Below the pieces are notes generated by a model that did not search any database, had not been told where the DNA came from, and was given only the letters and a program-made list of their open reading frames with translations. From Pecten maximus (Eukaryota), in NCBI RefSeq assembly GCF_902652985.1, contig NC_047024.1:22692001-22756000 (forward strand): DNA of 64,000 nt, read 5' to 3'. Within the stretch, counting starts at the first letter, position 1. Each line of letters begins with the position of its first letter. Shown piece after piece: positions 1-15,400 of this stretch. A program made the position numbers and the translations under genes.

Positions 1-97
1 GTTGTTAAGATAAAAAGTGCTACACTGAAAATCTCTTTGTTACCTTTGTGACGCTGGATATGGTCACGTGGTTATTGTTGATATTTTGTGTTGACAG

Positions 98-1689
98 GGA
101 GGAATCTGGCTCCTGAACATCGTTGATTACAGTGTTGGCGGATTTCCCCTGTTGGTTGTTGGTATCATGGAACTCATTGCTGTTGGCTGGATTTATGGTA
201 AATATCCAAGATTTTAAACATAAAATGCAAAAAGAACTTTTCATCCTTTCAAAACATGAATTGTCTTGATTTTCACATCCATTTGTTAAAAATACTTTCT
301 TCCGATTTTTCCGAACAAATAAAATTATTTTTTTTGCATCATTTAGCAAGATGTTTTCATACTTTTTCTGAAATACTTCTTTTTCAATGAAGAAAGAAAA
401 GAAAAAAAGGGGAAAAAAGGAAGAAAGAAATTTGGCTGCGATATTTTAGACTCGGTGTTTTTAAACATTTATTCTAATATTCTTTTACAATATTAACGAA
501 CAAAGAATAATTTGTTTTAGTTGTTACATAACTTCACAATCAGGAACACACTAATGTATCTATGACGTCATTCTAACTACTTCCAGGTTACGATAATTTC
601 TCTGATAACATCCACGCCATGCTGGGAAGAAGACCAAGCAAATACTGGGAAATTTGCTGGAAGTTTGTTTCACCGTCTGTCATTGGCGTAAGTCATCATT
701 AACTTAAGCAATACTGTAAAATTAAGAGAATTTTAGATAATGAATATTTACTCAACTAATATTAATCACAAAACGAAATAAAACAGTGATTTCTGACATT
801 AAAAAGAAACCAAAAGAAAGCAAATATGAAGTAAATATATATTTGTACAGAGAATATTTTTTCATTGAAATTTACTACTGACTGACATTTGTTAAACCAA
901 ATTATGTTATATAACTAATCCTGTATGTGAGATTATTGGTAACACTTATCTTCACATGGTTCCTTTACGTATTGTTACATTTTTACAGATCACTATTATC
1001 CTGAACATTGTGCTGTACAGCCCACCAAGCATGGACGGTCAGTTATATCCCTCTTGGGCCAACGGTCTCGCCTGGCTTATCGCACTTTTCCCAATTATTG
1101 GAATTCCTGGATTATTCCTGTACAAATTCTGTAGAGAAGGTGGCTTAGAGGTAAGTTTGTTTTGCTTTTTAATAAAAGTTCAGTCATACGACTACAACAC
1201 CCTTCATTTACAATAAATCACCAAAACGTAGTCTTATTTTGCTGAAAATGTTGATATGTTGCTGTTCATCTAACAAAGCAATAAACAGTTTTTGGAATAT
1301 AAGATGTATAGATATTCATGACAACAAATGTCGTGAAACTGACCAAAACAAATAAGATATAAAAGTTGAAAAAAAAATCGCTTTTGACACGTACTAATTT
1401 AGTTTTACTATTTTTCCTCTAGTTGGTTAAAGAGAATATGAAGCCAGACCCAACTTTTGGACCCGCCATTCGTTACCCCAACGTTGATGATTCATTCACG
1501 GACATAGGAAACATTAATTCAAATGGTTACAATCCAGCGTTCGCAAAATCTATGGGAAGTTCTTTGTCAACAAGTACCAAGCTTACAGACGTTCCAAACC
1601 TAAACTTTACACCTGCGTCGTCAGTAATAACAATCCCGAGGTTATCAAAAACAACGCCCGAAAATGGACCAAATGAATCTCGTCTATAG
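98..1689 (+). CDS. SLC6/NSS amino-acid transporter paralogue A, 3' part only (TM9-TM12 and C-tail); exons 98-197, 587-687, 989-1150, 1423-1689
   Basis: GT-AG-bounded exons join in frame: [19 protein letters not shown]...GWIYG / [29 protein letters not shown] / ...[13 protein letters not shown] / ...ESRL*. Exon sizes 100/101/162 nt equal those of paralogue B. The 5' part lies upstream of the window. Confidence 0.95.
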
Positions 1690-4600
1690 TGTGTATTTTT
1701 ATGTTCATTTCACATGCTGAATGGTTGGTGTAAGGACATGCAAGTGAGCGAGTGCGATCGAGATTCATATCAATTTTCATGAACTTAAATGCAACGTGAT
1801 ATATGACATAAAACTTACCATTGAAATTTGACTTTCATTCTCTAAACACGGTAAAATTTTAAATAAAATATGTAATTACAATTTGTGTTGACGAGACACG
1901 AAACGCGGGTTGTGACAAAATGCCTGAAATTGATTACTTCTTTGGATCGAATCATTTGGCTGAGATGTATTATAATGTCATATATCAAGTCATCTTTGAA
2001 TTGTGATAAATCATTATTGTAAAAATATTGACGAATGATTGTGATACCCACAAAAATGTTCCAGTTTATATTTTATTTTCGTTTGTTTGTTTTTGTTGTA
2101 CAAGTATACATGTATATTTGGGTTATCAACATATGTTGTCTCTTTACGAATTTCCAAACATGCAATCATGAAATATAATGCAAATATCGATAGGAAAACT
2201 GCCACTTGAGATCTTGAATTTACTGAACAAAATTTGCTCAATCGAAATAGAGAATGCCAATCTTGCAAATAGACTTATGACTGCCATATTCCTACCTAAT
2301 ATTGCTAGAGTAATGCTGACAATAGTCAAATTTTCTCGCGATATTGTTCAGGTAGCTAAAATTCTTTTTGAAAGTAATCATTGTATTTCGTTTTATTGAA
2401 TTGTACAGCTATTGCGTTACTGCCAGTTAAAGTTTTTTATGTGAGATTTTAAACTTGATAATTTCATTGCTAAACCATCGAATGCTAAAACAATTTTTAT
2501 ACAATGTGGCAAAGTGCAAACATTATTTTTTCAAAGGTGCTTGACATTACTATATTTTTCTTTTAATTGTGTTTGATATATATTCTGACAAGACTGAAAT
2601 TAGATAAAATAATAATAATGATAGAAAAAATACGGAAATGATGTAATATTACACAAAATTGCAAAGATCTTTTGTATATTTTTTTGACCGTTTAGTTTTG
2701 TCATTGTAAATACCAACATCGTGTTCAACTATTTCTCTGTTTTTCTTCACTATTTTCTTTTTTTACACATTATGTCCACATTATAATGTTTAATGGTATT
2801 TTACCATTGTCTTTCAGTTTTGAATAATATTGACGCATGCGCACTGCAGTGTCTTGAACGAATGTGTCTTATACGCTTGACGCTCTATTGTAATATTTTA
2901 CATACATGTACGTTTATGCTTGAATTCCCACTCTGCTGTTTCAATAAATTTTAAAAGTATACAGTTTAACAACGCTTTGTAAATCGAACGTACAAAAGTG
3001 TTAATCTAAATTGATTTCTAAAGTCAGCCTTCGATATCATCAAAAATTAGTTCACCATAAGCTGACGTTAGAGTCCAATATCATGCTGAGCTTCGAGTCT
3101 GAACAATTTTCATTTCAAATTATTGGAAATTAGACTTGAGTTCGGCTCAGTATGTTGGTACTCTTGTCAGACGCTGTTGTGTTCGCTTAGCGTATAAACC
3201 ATTTCACGACTTTTGATATAATTTATTTTTTCCGCTCTCAAGTTTTAGTACTGTATTCAGAAAAAAGAACTTTAAGATATCTTCTGTTGTTGTAAATCCT
3301 CACATGTGTGTACATACCCGTTGGGAGAGAATGATGAAAATCATTGAGAGAAGTGTTAGAGTGTGGATAAATGATACCAGGCACCTATTCCCAGTCAATT
3401 TTCTCCATTATTGCAATTCAGATACAATATGAAATACTTAATGCACTTTCAATTTCAAAAGAAATGATATTAAAAAGATTAACAGATGGATTACAAATTT
3501 GTAAAGTTTTATAATTTCATTTGAAATAGATAAAAACAACAACACAAAAGTTAATATTACTTTTTAGAACATACTGTAATGCAATTTTTGCACAGTAACA
3601 AACATAATGCAAACAAAATACAAAGTCAACTTAATATGTGAACACGAATATTTTTGTATGAGGAATCTGGTGCTGGCTAAATGTATTTAGGAGAAAGAGT
3701 TGTGTGCGTGCTGAATAAATGACAATGCAAATGTATAGTAAGATGTGATAAATTATTTTGTAAATATATATATATATATGTAAATTTCGGCTTCCTAGAT
3801 AGCACACCACACTTGCCATGATACAAAGTCATATGACACGTTTATACTAGTCCAATAGTACTTAATAACACTTTGCAAAGACTAACAAAAATATATCAAT
3901 TTAAGCTTGATACTAGGTAATTTTTAACAAAGGATATCAATTGTAATTTTAGACGTTTGAAATAGATTTAGGTTCAGTTATGTGCCGGATTTTGATAACT
4001 ATAGCAATTCCGTTTCGAAATTTACTAGTATATTGTTATGAATGTTCATTTCTAAAATAACTGCTGTAAATTGCCAGCAGTCTTTGATGTCGTTGAATAT
4101 GCGGTGACGTAATTGTTACTGTAACATCATTTATTATGACGTCATAGAATTATTCGTGTTAGTCTCTCGGATATTGGGGGTGGAGATGTGTTGGTATCTA
4201 CCACATATATGTATATTTTTGTATTGCTGCATTACAATATGATGAATAAACTTGTTAAAACTATACTCAATTGTTGTTTCCTATTTACATATCACAGAAT
4301 ATCGTCAGAATGGAAAATACACAACCAGAAACAGGAAAATCTGAACTCCAGAACTTTGTGATAATCATTTCAACTGATAAATGAAAATAATCCTGAGAGT
4401 GGAACAACTGAAAAGTAATAATTAAAGAAAAAAAACATTCTTACGTAGACTGACGAAGAAAAGAAGGTAACAATAGAAGCTGTGATTAATTTATTGACAA
4501 ACAACACTACATAATAATTTAGTATTTTCATTTTATGACATGCTTAAGACTTTGTTAAAACTGACATGACTTTATATGAGTTAAATTTATTTTCAAAATT

Positions 4601-6249
4601 CGAATTCCGAGAAAATCGTCTCCGCAATAAATGAATGATTGGTTTTTCAGATGCGTTAGTTTTTTTCGACATTTCTTGACACTACTCTAATTACTGTTAG
4701 GTTGGTGTTTGTCTGATGACGGAGTTGCTGCATTCTGCGCGCCTTTCTCTCACTCACAGAGTTATTGCCCTTTGTTGTACTGCTGAAATGTGTTTCCGTT
4801 CAGCAGAATTCTGATGCTCCTGTTGAACTAGTCACCTACTGGGTGTAGTTTGGTAACACTAATGAATGTGAAATAAATACTTATTTCTAAGCCCTATTAA
4901 TTGAACATCTGTATCTATTAAAGTCATTTTTATTTGTTCCCTTGAATGACCCTTATGGACACGTTAGGTTGTATTGGAAAGTGGCTGCTAATGTAAATTT
5001 AAACGAACAATTACGAATAATATCATGAGACCTACCATGCTTTGTAGTATTTTAGAAAAAAAATCAGCACTTCAGAAAAAAATTCAGGAAAACATCGGGT
5101 AATGTAGAAAAGTAATATTGTCTGTTCATCACACCACTTTGTCCCTCCTTGTGTAGCAATCGTTCAAAGCTATCCTCTATAGAACAAAATATCAACACAT
5201 AAATTCTCATTGAGCACATTTAATTTTAATTATATTAACTTTTATATAAAAGGTCGAATTCTGTTCCCTGATTTTAGCAATCGCCGCAAGCCATCCTCTA
5301 TCGTTTAAGGCGGTCTGAACCGAAATTCTCACTGATCATATTTAATTCTAATTGTGTTAGCTTTTATATCTTTAGTGAGAATATATGTGTGCGTCTTCTG
5401 AAGTAGTTCCCTTTATAAGTCTATATCTGTGTGTTTGTTCTATCGTACGATTATTTCACAAGTTCTAGACTAGAACTAAATTGGATATGCATTGTTTGGT
5501 TCATTGAATTTCTAAGTACACATTTATGTCGGCTCAGCAAATAATTACAATGCATATCCAGTCAACCGTAGTAAGTAATGGGCGTTGGTTCAGATAACAA
5601 CAGTTAAGTATTCATATCATACTCTCAGATAATATGTCTGGGGACATTTGTCAAATAAATGTGAGAAAGTATAATTTAATTGGAAACCACATAAAGACAA
5701 CAGCCATTAACCACAAGTGGCAAGGCAAGCGACATGAATTCATGAAAAAGCGCATGACGTGTTGGAATTCAAATAGTATTCAACAGACTGAGAATACCTA
5801 AATTTTAATTGACAGATGTTCAACAAAGCTTGGTCCAGTATAAAAAACATATTTCTATTTTGACCTCATACTGAAAACTTCAAAACAAACTATTGAATTC
5901 GATAAGCTAATGTTTTTTTTCGTAAATGCCAACGGTACGGAACAAGGTAGTGTGTGAAAAGCAAACAGTATATAATTAGGCACATGGAAAGACCTTCATT
6001 GTGGATTATAATTGGCTAGTATTATTAAACAAGGACACTTTTATCTAGGCCAACTAATAACACCAATCAAGACAATAACAGTGAAAAAATGACTTGAAGG
6101 TGGGGCTGGTTACCCAATATCCATAAAACTCTGGGGGTAAAAGGCTGAAACTGCAAACAGCAATAGTGCATGCGATCAATACAATGAAACCAGGTACGAT
6201 GTAGGGAAGGGACCAAAGATATTAAGACATGGGTAACGGGGAGGGACTG

Positions 6250-7325
6250 GTAATGTAGTTAAGGGGGTACAGGGGAAGAAATGGGAACCAAGGTAATGAA
6301 GTTAAGAGGGTAGAGGGGAAGAAATGGGAACCAAGGAAATGAAGTTAAGAGGGTATAGGGGAAACAAGGTAATGGAGTTAAGGGGGTACAGGGGAAGAAA
6401 TGAGAACCAAAGTAATGGAGTTAAGGGGGTACAGGGGAGGAATTCGGAACTAAGGTAATGAAGTTAAAGGGGTACAGGGGAAGAAATGGGAACTAAAGTA
6501 ATGGAGTTAAGGCGGTAGAGGGGAAGAAATGGGAACCAAAGTAATGGAGTTAAGGGGGTACAGGGGAAGAAATGGGAACCAAGGTAACGGAGTTAAGGGG
6601 GTACAGGGGAAGAAATGGGAACCAAGGTAACGGAGTTAAGGGGCACAGGGGAAGAAATGGGAACCAAAGTAATGGAGTTAAGGTGGTACAGGGGAAGAAA
6701 TGGGAACCAAAGTAATGGAGTTAACGGGGGTACAGGGGAAGAAATGGGAACCAAAGTAATGGAGTTAAGGGGGTACAGGGGAAGAAATGGGAACTAAGGT
6801 AATGGAGTTAAGGGGGTACAGGGGAAGAAATGGGAACCAAAGTAATGGAGTTAAGGTGGTACAAGGGAAGAAATGGGAACCAAGGTAAAGGAGTTAAGGG
6901 GGTACAGGAGAAGAAATGGGAACCAAGATAATGAAGTTAAGGGGGTACAGGGGAAGAAATGGGAACCAAAGTAATGGAGTTAAGGGGGAACAGGGGAAGA
7001 AATGGGAACCAAGGTAATGAAGTTAAGGGAGTACAGGGGAAGAAATGGGAACCAAGGTAATGGAGTTAAGTGGCTACAGGGGAAGAAATGGGAACCAAGA
7101 TAATGGAGTTAAGGGGGTACAGGGGAAGAAATGGGAACCAAGGTAAAGGAGTTAAGGGGGTACAGGGGAAGAAATGGGAACCACAGTAATGAAGTTAAGG
7201 GGGTATAGGGGAAGAAATGGGAACCAAGGTAATGAAGTTAAGGGGATACAGGGGAAGAAATGGGAACCAAGGTAACGGAGTTAAGGGGGTACAGGGGAAA
7301 ATGGGAACCAAGGTAATGAAGACAG
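6250..7325 (+). repeat. 43-bp G-rich minisatellite, ~24-25 copies
   Basis: Unit GGGAACCAAGGTAATGGAGTTAAGGGGGTACAGGGGAAGAAAT; successive starts at 6531, 6574, 6617. Confidence 0.97.
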
Positions 7326-8316
7326 AACGTTAAATGGTAAGACCTGGAAACCAAGGTAACGAACAAAAGACACAACATATTAGCACATTTTAATGCCAAC
7401 AGCGTTCGATACTTTAGAAATAAAATGGACTTATTTATATCCTATAATTGTTTTGTTCTTCTAGGACTCGTTTCTTCCTAAAGTGTTAATTCCTAGGAGA
7501 CGACGAAGGGAAATCAAAATAGGACTAACAAACAAAAAATGCTTACAGAAAACAAAACCATCATTAAATAGTTTCCATGATTAAAGGCTTAAGTCATTGA
7601 TTAATTGATTTCTCTATCAAAGAATTGTTCAGAGGTTTCGGAAGTATTTTGTTATACTGCACGATAACATGTTTCAACATCAATATAAAAGGTAAAAAAA
7701 TCATTAGTCATAGTACAGTAGAATGGGTTAATAATTTTGTTTAAAAATATTTTGATTTGCATTGAAAGACACTAACATCACTCAGTTTGTTCTTCATTGT
7801 TAACACAATAGAAAAATATTTTATGCCTCTAATAAAAAGGGGAAAAAAGCAACATATCTACCGATCGTTTCGAACTAGTACATACGAAGACTAATGAACA
7901 GATATGGGTATTTTCGCTACACTAGTAAACTATTTTTGATATTCGCGTTATCAGGCATGTGGAACCATTGATAGATAGTCTTTATTTGACATAGAATAAA
8001 TTTCGTAATGCATATAAGGGGAGATAACTACATGAATACTGGGGAATATGGATAACATCATTGGCAGCGACTGAATCATAGATGAATTTGATTTAAAATC
8101 ACATTGAAGGCATCTTGTAGCTAAATAATAAACTAACATAGATAAAAATGTTGATAAGGGGGAAATGACGGATATTCAACATTCTACCGTGGGGTCTGTT
8201 TTCTAAGCCATATATATACATAATTGTTAACCAATATATTTCGGCTATCATTTTAACAAATATAACAATGGCATGCGAATCTAGCATCGCATACCAAAAT
8301 CAGAATCAACTAGAAG

Positions 8317-8790
8317 GGCCCTGCAGGTAGGGCGTACGATTTTTTCCTTCTGCTCCCATTGCATGATTGTAAGAGGCGACTGATTAAGGATCTTCTCTTT
8401 TCTCCTCTTTCTAGCAATTTTATTCTTCCTAATGTCTCCTTTGACACTGCCTCACTTTTGGCTGCCTTTAGTTGAGTATTTGCCCCTCCTGGCCAAGATA
8501 TACGGGAGTTTCTACTCCTTCTTGGCGCTCTGCATTCCCCGGAGTGGGTCAACTGGTTGCCCGTTGTCAGTACCAATGTGCCCGATGGTATACCCTGCTC
8601 GGTGTCTTCGGCAGTATGTTTCAGTAAGGTAGCACTATAAAGTCGGCATCAGTTCCGTACTACCACAAGGAGACAAATATGAACATACCGCAGCCTCCCA
8701 AAACACACATTCGAGGACCTCATGTGTTCATTTTTCTCACAGGAGAGGCCGTCCTTAAAATACCTTAGCTGTTGATAGGACATTAACCAT
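8317..8790 (+). mobile_element. SINE family S1, longest copy (resembles bivalve Meta+Deu-domain SINEs)
   Basis: Segments GTAAGAGGCGACT, CAGT(G/A)AGGTAGCACTATAAAGTCGGCATCAGTTCC and tail GGCCGTCCTTAAATGACCTTAGCTGTT..AGGAC(G/A)TTAA recur in more than 10 places in the window. The domain names are from recall and unverified. Confidence 0.75.
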
Positions 8791-11700
8791 TTCAAAAGCA
8801 TATATCTCTGACAAAGATGTCATTTGTATTAAAGATACCATTATAGACACTTGGCTAACGCTATGAGCAATGTCAAAGTAGAAATGTTTTGACAATTATT
8901 TTGTCATAATTTTAGAATTATGAAGAAATATGCATATCATTGGTTGGTTTAATTTGAACTGGTGCTAGTTGTTAAGTTGTTTTAATTTAAAATATGTAGT
9001 CATGTCTAATTTTATAAATTACAACGTAACAGGCATTTCCAAATATGTAAAACTTTCCTCAGGCTGCAATGAGTTCGGATGTTAATTTAACTTCAGATTT
9101 CCTTATATACTGATGATTTTGAAATCTTCATATTAAGATTAAATTCTTTACTAACGAATACATTTGGTGAAAAAATCTGAAATTATAGGTATTCCTCGGA
9201 CGGTAGAATGTTGAACTATGTATTCATATGGAAAAAAGAAAAGAAGAATTCCAGTAATTTAAATATTGTCTTAATTCTAGTCGAATTAATCGCCTAATTG
9301 AGATAACTAGCGATCATTATTCTGAATACTTGACTGTGAGGTTTTTAACCATCAAACATTGCATTGTATAGATGTATGTTGTTTTCTACCCTAATGTTAA
9401 CTGCAGGTGTGTAGCTAACAATAAAACTTGTGTACGTATTCAGATTTAAGCATTCTACCTCGACACTCGATACTTCCTGATTCCTGTAGGACACCCCTAT
9501 TTCCATACATAGGTGTATTTTACACCAAATGTGTACATTTTATTGTTTTCCCGATACCTCAAAGGTAAAAAATAAAAAGGTAAGAAGCATGTGTCGTGTC
9601 TCATATGTCCAATATTGTACAATGTTTGTCCATAGCAAGGTGTTTTGACAGCAAAGGTAGAATGTTTTCCAAGTATATCCGAGCAGAAAAAAGCAAAAAA
9701 AGAACGAGGCATATTTGTTTTAAATTTTTATTGGTCATGTACATATCACACACTAGAATCACTGCAGCACAAATAAAACAAGAAGAATGTTTAATTTCAG
9801 GAAAGACAATGCCGTGAATGAAGTACATTTTAAGTATAACTTCATCACGTATACTTGTAAAGCATAAAGCAAATATAATTCAGAACCGTGGTTTAATAAT
9901 ATCAAGAAAACCTTCATTCTTTACCCCTCGAATGGCATGTAATCTATGTCACTGCCCCGTTTGGACTGTATATTTCAAATATCAAGATACCAAACCCTTG
10001 TTAAATTTCACAACATCTGGGAACCAGCACTGTCCAGTTTGTTTACCGCAGTCATGTTCCCATTGTTTATTTACAAACAACAATGCAACACTATTTATAT
10101 CACTATATTGAACAATGAAATATCTCTTTACATTGCATGTTCTATTTAGCTGAGTTTGAGTGGTCCTACGTGACAAAAAAGAGCATACCTTGATGTATAA
10201 GAATAGTCATGGTAGAAAATATTTGTATTAGGTATAGGTGATTGGAACAAATGGCAGTATTTACACTGGTATAAGCAATATCTATATTGAAAATAGCTTC
10301 ATTCTTATCTAGACGTTGAAAAGAAATGCATTGAATAAATTTCAAATATAAAAAATAAAATAAAAAAATAAAGAGTACTAAAGAACAAACAAATGAAAAA
10401 TGGATTTCGTCCTTTTCAACAACTACACAACAAAATGAAACAATTGATTTAATACCGAATGCATAATTTGAGTGATATTTAAAAAAAAAAAACAAAAAAA
10501 ACCACGAGATTCTGTTCCATGAATACACTTAGCATAACCGACAGATCTGAGATTAGTGGAAAATGAGATGAAAGCAGATTTGATCATGATTTGATAGGTC
10601 GTATCAAGTAATGATGTGAATACTAGAAACAAAACATAAGTTACAAAATGACTATATTTTGTTTTTAATTCAGACCGTTTATCTTAATCAGAAAATGAAA
10701 TATTTCTGTTGGTACCAGATCTGTCTAAAAAGCTGCATAGAATAAGTGAGACAATAAAGCACATTGTTACCATACGACACTCAGCTTCAGCATCCAATCA
10801 CACAAAGCAACAGGTGACAATCAGATGACACCATCACTTTAATTATATTCTACATCAGACACACACGCTCGCTGTCTCCCAATTTAGTCACCATCACCAC
10901 TACAACCTTTCTCTTCAGTCCAGATAAACGTTTTACTTATATAAGGACTTAGTATATGTTACATACAAAGTAAAATGACCGCAATTGTATCAAACATAGA
11001 GACACCTAGGTTGTTGTTAAAAGGGATATAGACAACAAAGACTTCCAGCTGTCTGTAAAAGTGAAAAACAAAACATTGTTTAAACAATTATACAATTTAT
11101 CGGGAAGCGGAAGTGTTATAAAGTTACAATTTATGTTTAAAATATTCTTTAAAGCTTTTTCGTTGTACTTGAGAGTTTAAGACGTACAATGTTAACAACT
11201 TGTGTTACTCAAATTTGATCTATTTTTCAATAGGCTAAACGCAATATGTACACAACGCGACTTCAATGTGGTTTTTAGAATATGGACTGCAACTCACATC
11301 CATTACACAATCAACACTCTCACGAAATCTTCGTTTCACGACATCAACTCACAACTAACAGATCCCTGAGCATTTTAGTCACATGATCTAACAAGGTTGA
11401 TTTAATGTTTATAAGACATGTGCAGTGATATCTAAGTGTGTATATGCATACAATCATATAGGCTATTTGTACATTTGAATTCACAATAACATGACCCATA
11501 AAACAATTAGTTGAATTTCAAAAATAAACTGTACCCAAAAATTATTTGCCAAACCCATTCGAGGTGGAAAATATACATTTTTTTTCCAAATGATATGGTT
11601 TTCGTTTTAAAAACTAAAGTAACCCATGAATAATGAAATGACTTGGTGACATACATGAATTTTAATATTTCCACTTTGTAAGAGTATTTATAGTGTGTTC

Positions 11701-12430
11701 CCAATACCCTTAAAACTGCATTTCAAAAATACAGTTAATTTGAGATAAAATGTTAATTCCAAATGAGGTAAACGTGGAATTGATAATGCCAACTCGAAAT
11801 TTGAGCACACGATCTAAAATGAATAGATCCTACAGTTTGTTATAGTTATATTGATATATTTCCGACATAGTATCACGTTAGTATTGTTCACATAGGGTCA
11901 GACATGACAAACCCGTATCAGATTATTGGTCATACGAAATGAGTGCTGAATTGCTGGGATGGTAACGAGTCATAATCACATTGAACACTTCAGCGAACAC
12001 ATAAGTATAAGAGCATCGGAATCACGATGACGTCACATTTTATAAATATCTAAAAAAAAAAAAAAAAAACAAGCCCAAATTTGACTAGAACATTTTCATC
12101 AACAATGGAGCCCTGTCAATTTTAACAAATGAGTCAGTAAATAATAGCAAAAAATAAGGTAAATAAAACGAATGCTTAAAATTATGTTCGTGTCAAATTA
12201 ATGGAATTGACAGACAATCGAGGACAACTAAAGAGAGATTCGACAAAAATATATGATTGAATTCAAATCTGGTAATAGCTTCATAGAACACATTATATTT
12301 CGCATTGCATTGTTGGTACAAATAATATTTTTATCACTCATCATCACAACGTCACTCAATCTCACTCGCTAACAACTTTTAACAAGAAAATCTTCATCTC
12401 ACACAACTTTTAACTATATTTACATTATGG

Positions 12431-15400
12431 TCAAACTTTGGACTCGCTTGGTTCCCTAGAACGGTTAGAGGAGAATATATACGTAGACCCTCCTATATTT
12501 CCGCTTCCGGGTATCCTGTTTACAGTCCTCACTGACGCCCCGATATTTGTGACGTCAGTACTATTTGTGCTCGTTGACATATTACTGCCCATGAGACGAG
12601 CGAATGCTGGGTTATAACCGACATCATTAGCAGCAAAGGTCACGTCATATTTCGGGAAAGAGTAATCTCCCTTGGTCTTGTCTGCTGGTCCCCACGTAGG
12701 CAATGGCTTCACGGAATCTTTCAGCACCTGCAATGATCAATAATATGAAACATGTATAAAATGAAGCAGCCATGCCCTTTCAAGGATATATATTATCTAG
12801 CGAAAGATAAGTTTTCTACTCCCAGCTGTATATACTACTTAAAATTTCGGAACCATGACAAAGCATGACTTTCATCGCCTGGAACTCGTCATCCGTGGTC
12901 ATTTGAGCTTCTATGAACCCACTTATGATATAAGTGAGTGGTATTAATTTGTATGTATAATAAGTTAATTTCTCGGTTTAAAATACTAATATACAACTCA
13001 TTTAAAATGCATATAATGATTCATTGGGATCCGGATGTTCAGATATAAGATGTGTCATTATGATCATGGCAGATTATTGTGCTGCTTATAGATGTCATTG
13101 TGATGCAGAGGTTTAGCCGCTTAGCCATAACCTCGGTCATTTGGTACAGAATAACAAGGGCTCAAAACTGAGACAATTCAAAAATTGTTCTTCTTTGTTA
13201 TTCAGTGTTAAAGTTACAGTGTTAGTTTTAAAGACACTTACAGTATAGACATGACGACTTACCATAAATCCACCATTGCGACAGAAGTAGTAAAGAGCAA
13301 GAACAACTATGGCGGCCACGGGGAACATAGCGATGAGCCAGCCAAGACTAACAGCCCAGCTTGGATATGTCACATTGTCGAGGTCTGGTTCCTTGAAGAA
13401 TATGATGTTCAGTATGATTGTCAGCTGTAAAATAAAAGAGGTTTGCCACTTTAGTATAAAGTCCCCTCTTCCGAGTATCGAAGGATCTAGTCGACTTAAA
13501 CAATAGAATAAGAGATAACAATTCGTTTACATCCGTATATCTCTCGCACATATTTATGTCGTATTGTTGTAAAACATTTCTGGAGCTATTATTTCGCGGT
13601 TGTCCCAGTTGGCCTTAGATCGTGGGTATTAAAGTTCGCTTAACCACGCCGTATAAAAATTTTGCAATAAATACTTCTGTTCCTTTTCTGTATATATTAA
13701 TATTTGTTGAGTATTTATTTTTCGCGCTATATTTGATATCCGAGAATATAGCAGAATTAAATCAGCAAATATCAGCAAATATCACCAAAAATACCGTAAT
13801 ATATAACTTTAATGACATACTTTTTCTATCGATATCATGCTGCATCATTATCACAATATAAGATTATGCGACTCTATCTATAGTATAGTACTAATATTTC
13901 TTTTGTGATTTATCCAAAATAGGTAATTATGTTATACGTTTGCAAAAAAAAAAATATGAATTTCTCTTCTATGACAGAAAAGTACTTACAAATACAACAA
14001 ATGGTGACACCCATTTCCAGCAGATCTCCCAATACTTGTTAGGCCGAATTCCAAGCATGGTATTGATATTTTCGGAAAATTCGTTATAACCTGCAAATTA
14101 AAAAGCAAACCATTGAATTTATTTTGTATCCTTTATACATGTGGGTAACGTGAAATGCCTTCCGTACTGCAGAAGTGCAAATTTCATGTACATGTGTTCA
14201 AATTATGATTTCTATATTTTGTAGTTTGTTTTAGTGTTTATGTTGTTACGTAGGCGAAGGCCTATAATCAGAGTAATGAGATCCATCTTTTAGTATATTT
14301 TTCCTGGCTTGTTCACGATATAATTGAAATTTTATCTATAAAAAAGAAATATTGGATGTACCAATTCGTTTACATATAAGAGCTTTACGCCATCAATAGT
14401 TTACAGACTTTTGCTAGGCACGTACCATATATCCTTGTTATGATGAGTAACTCCATCAATCCGACCACCAACAGAGGGAAACCACCGACACTGTAATCCA
14501 CCAGGTTCAGCATCCATATTCCTCCCTGTAACAATCAATAGAAGGGTTACTATAGCACGAAGGAGGACGAAGCATGGCTTGTTTATGCCGTGAAAATATC
14601 TTCTTTATTTAAGAATAGGATGAAATAGTAATTTATATTGAACACAAGTATGACTAGCATTATTTGAAATTTAACTTCAGAAAAATGTCGAGAAACTGAT
14701 TGCATGAATACAAACTACATGTATATAAATACTGATTATAAATGTACACAACAGCTATATAATCTTAAAAAGGAATATTTTAATTGATGAACACTATTGT
14801 AATAGATAAGGTTAGAAAACTTACGCTACATATCATAGGGAGGCCAAGCAGGAAAAAGATGATACAGCCGACGACACGGAAAATGATATTGTTCCGGCTG
14901 GTCTTCAGAATGGGGAACTCGTCAGACACGGAACTGAACACACATTCGACGATCGAAAACTGAAACAAAATCAGCCCAATTATACACAACGCGGAAGTCC
15001 TGGTTGATAAGTATCAGGAAATATAAGTATATATTACATTACTGCTGCTATTTTAAGTAACAGATAAACAGATACAATTCATTTGAGATGGGACTAATTC
15101 AATACTATTTCAGTGCTTGTCAACGTCAACTGGTAATACCGTGTTTAAATGTCATCGATGTTTTGAAATTTATAGTTCACGTTTTCTTTTGAGTTGTAAA
15201 TTAGTAAGTAATTACCTGAGATCCGAATCCAAGAGTGGCCATCATGATGAAGAAAAAGACTGACCACATTGGGGCGACGGGCATTCTGGCTAGAGCTTCC
15301 GGGTACACAATGAAGGCCAATCCAGGTCCTGTAGAGACAAGGGAACAATAGTACATAAATACAATGGTATGATTTCCAAAAACCTCCTTTACTGTAACTC

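Noticed and set aside
6250-7325. CRISPR-like array, or coding ORF 6615-6797
   Set aside because: Units are contiguous with no unique spacers, the context is eukaryotic and there are no cas genes; the ORF is a by-product of the repeat.
1700-12400. Short ORFs between the SLC6 genes
   Set aside because: AT-rich compositional ORFs without domains or consistent splice structure; probably long 3' UTR and intergenic DNA.
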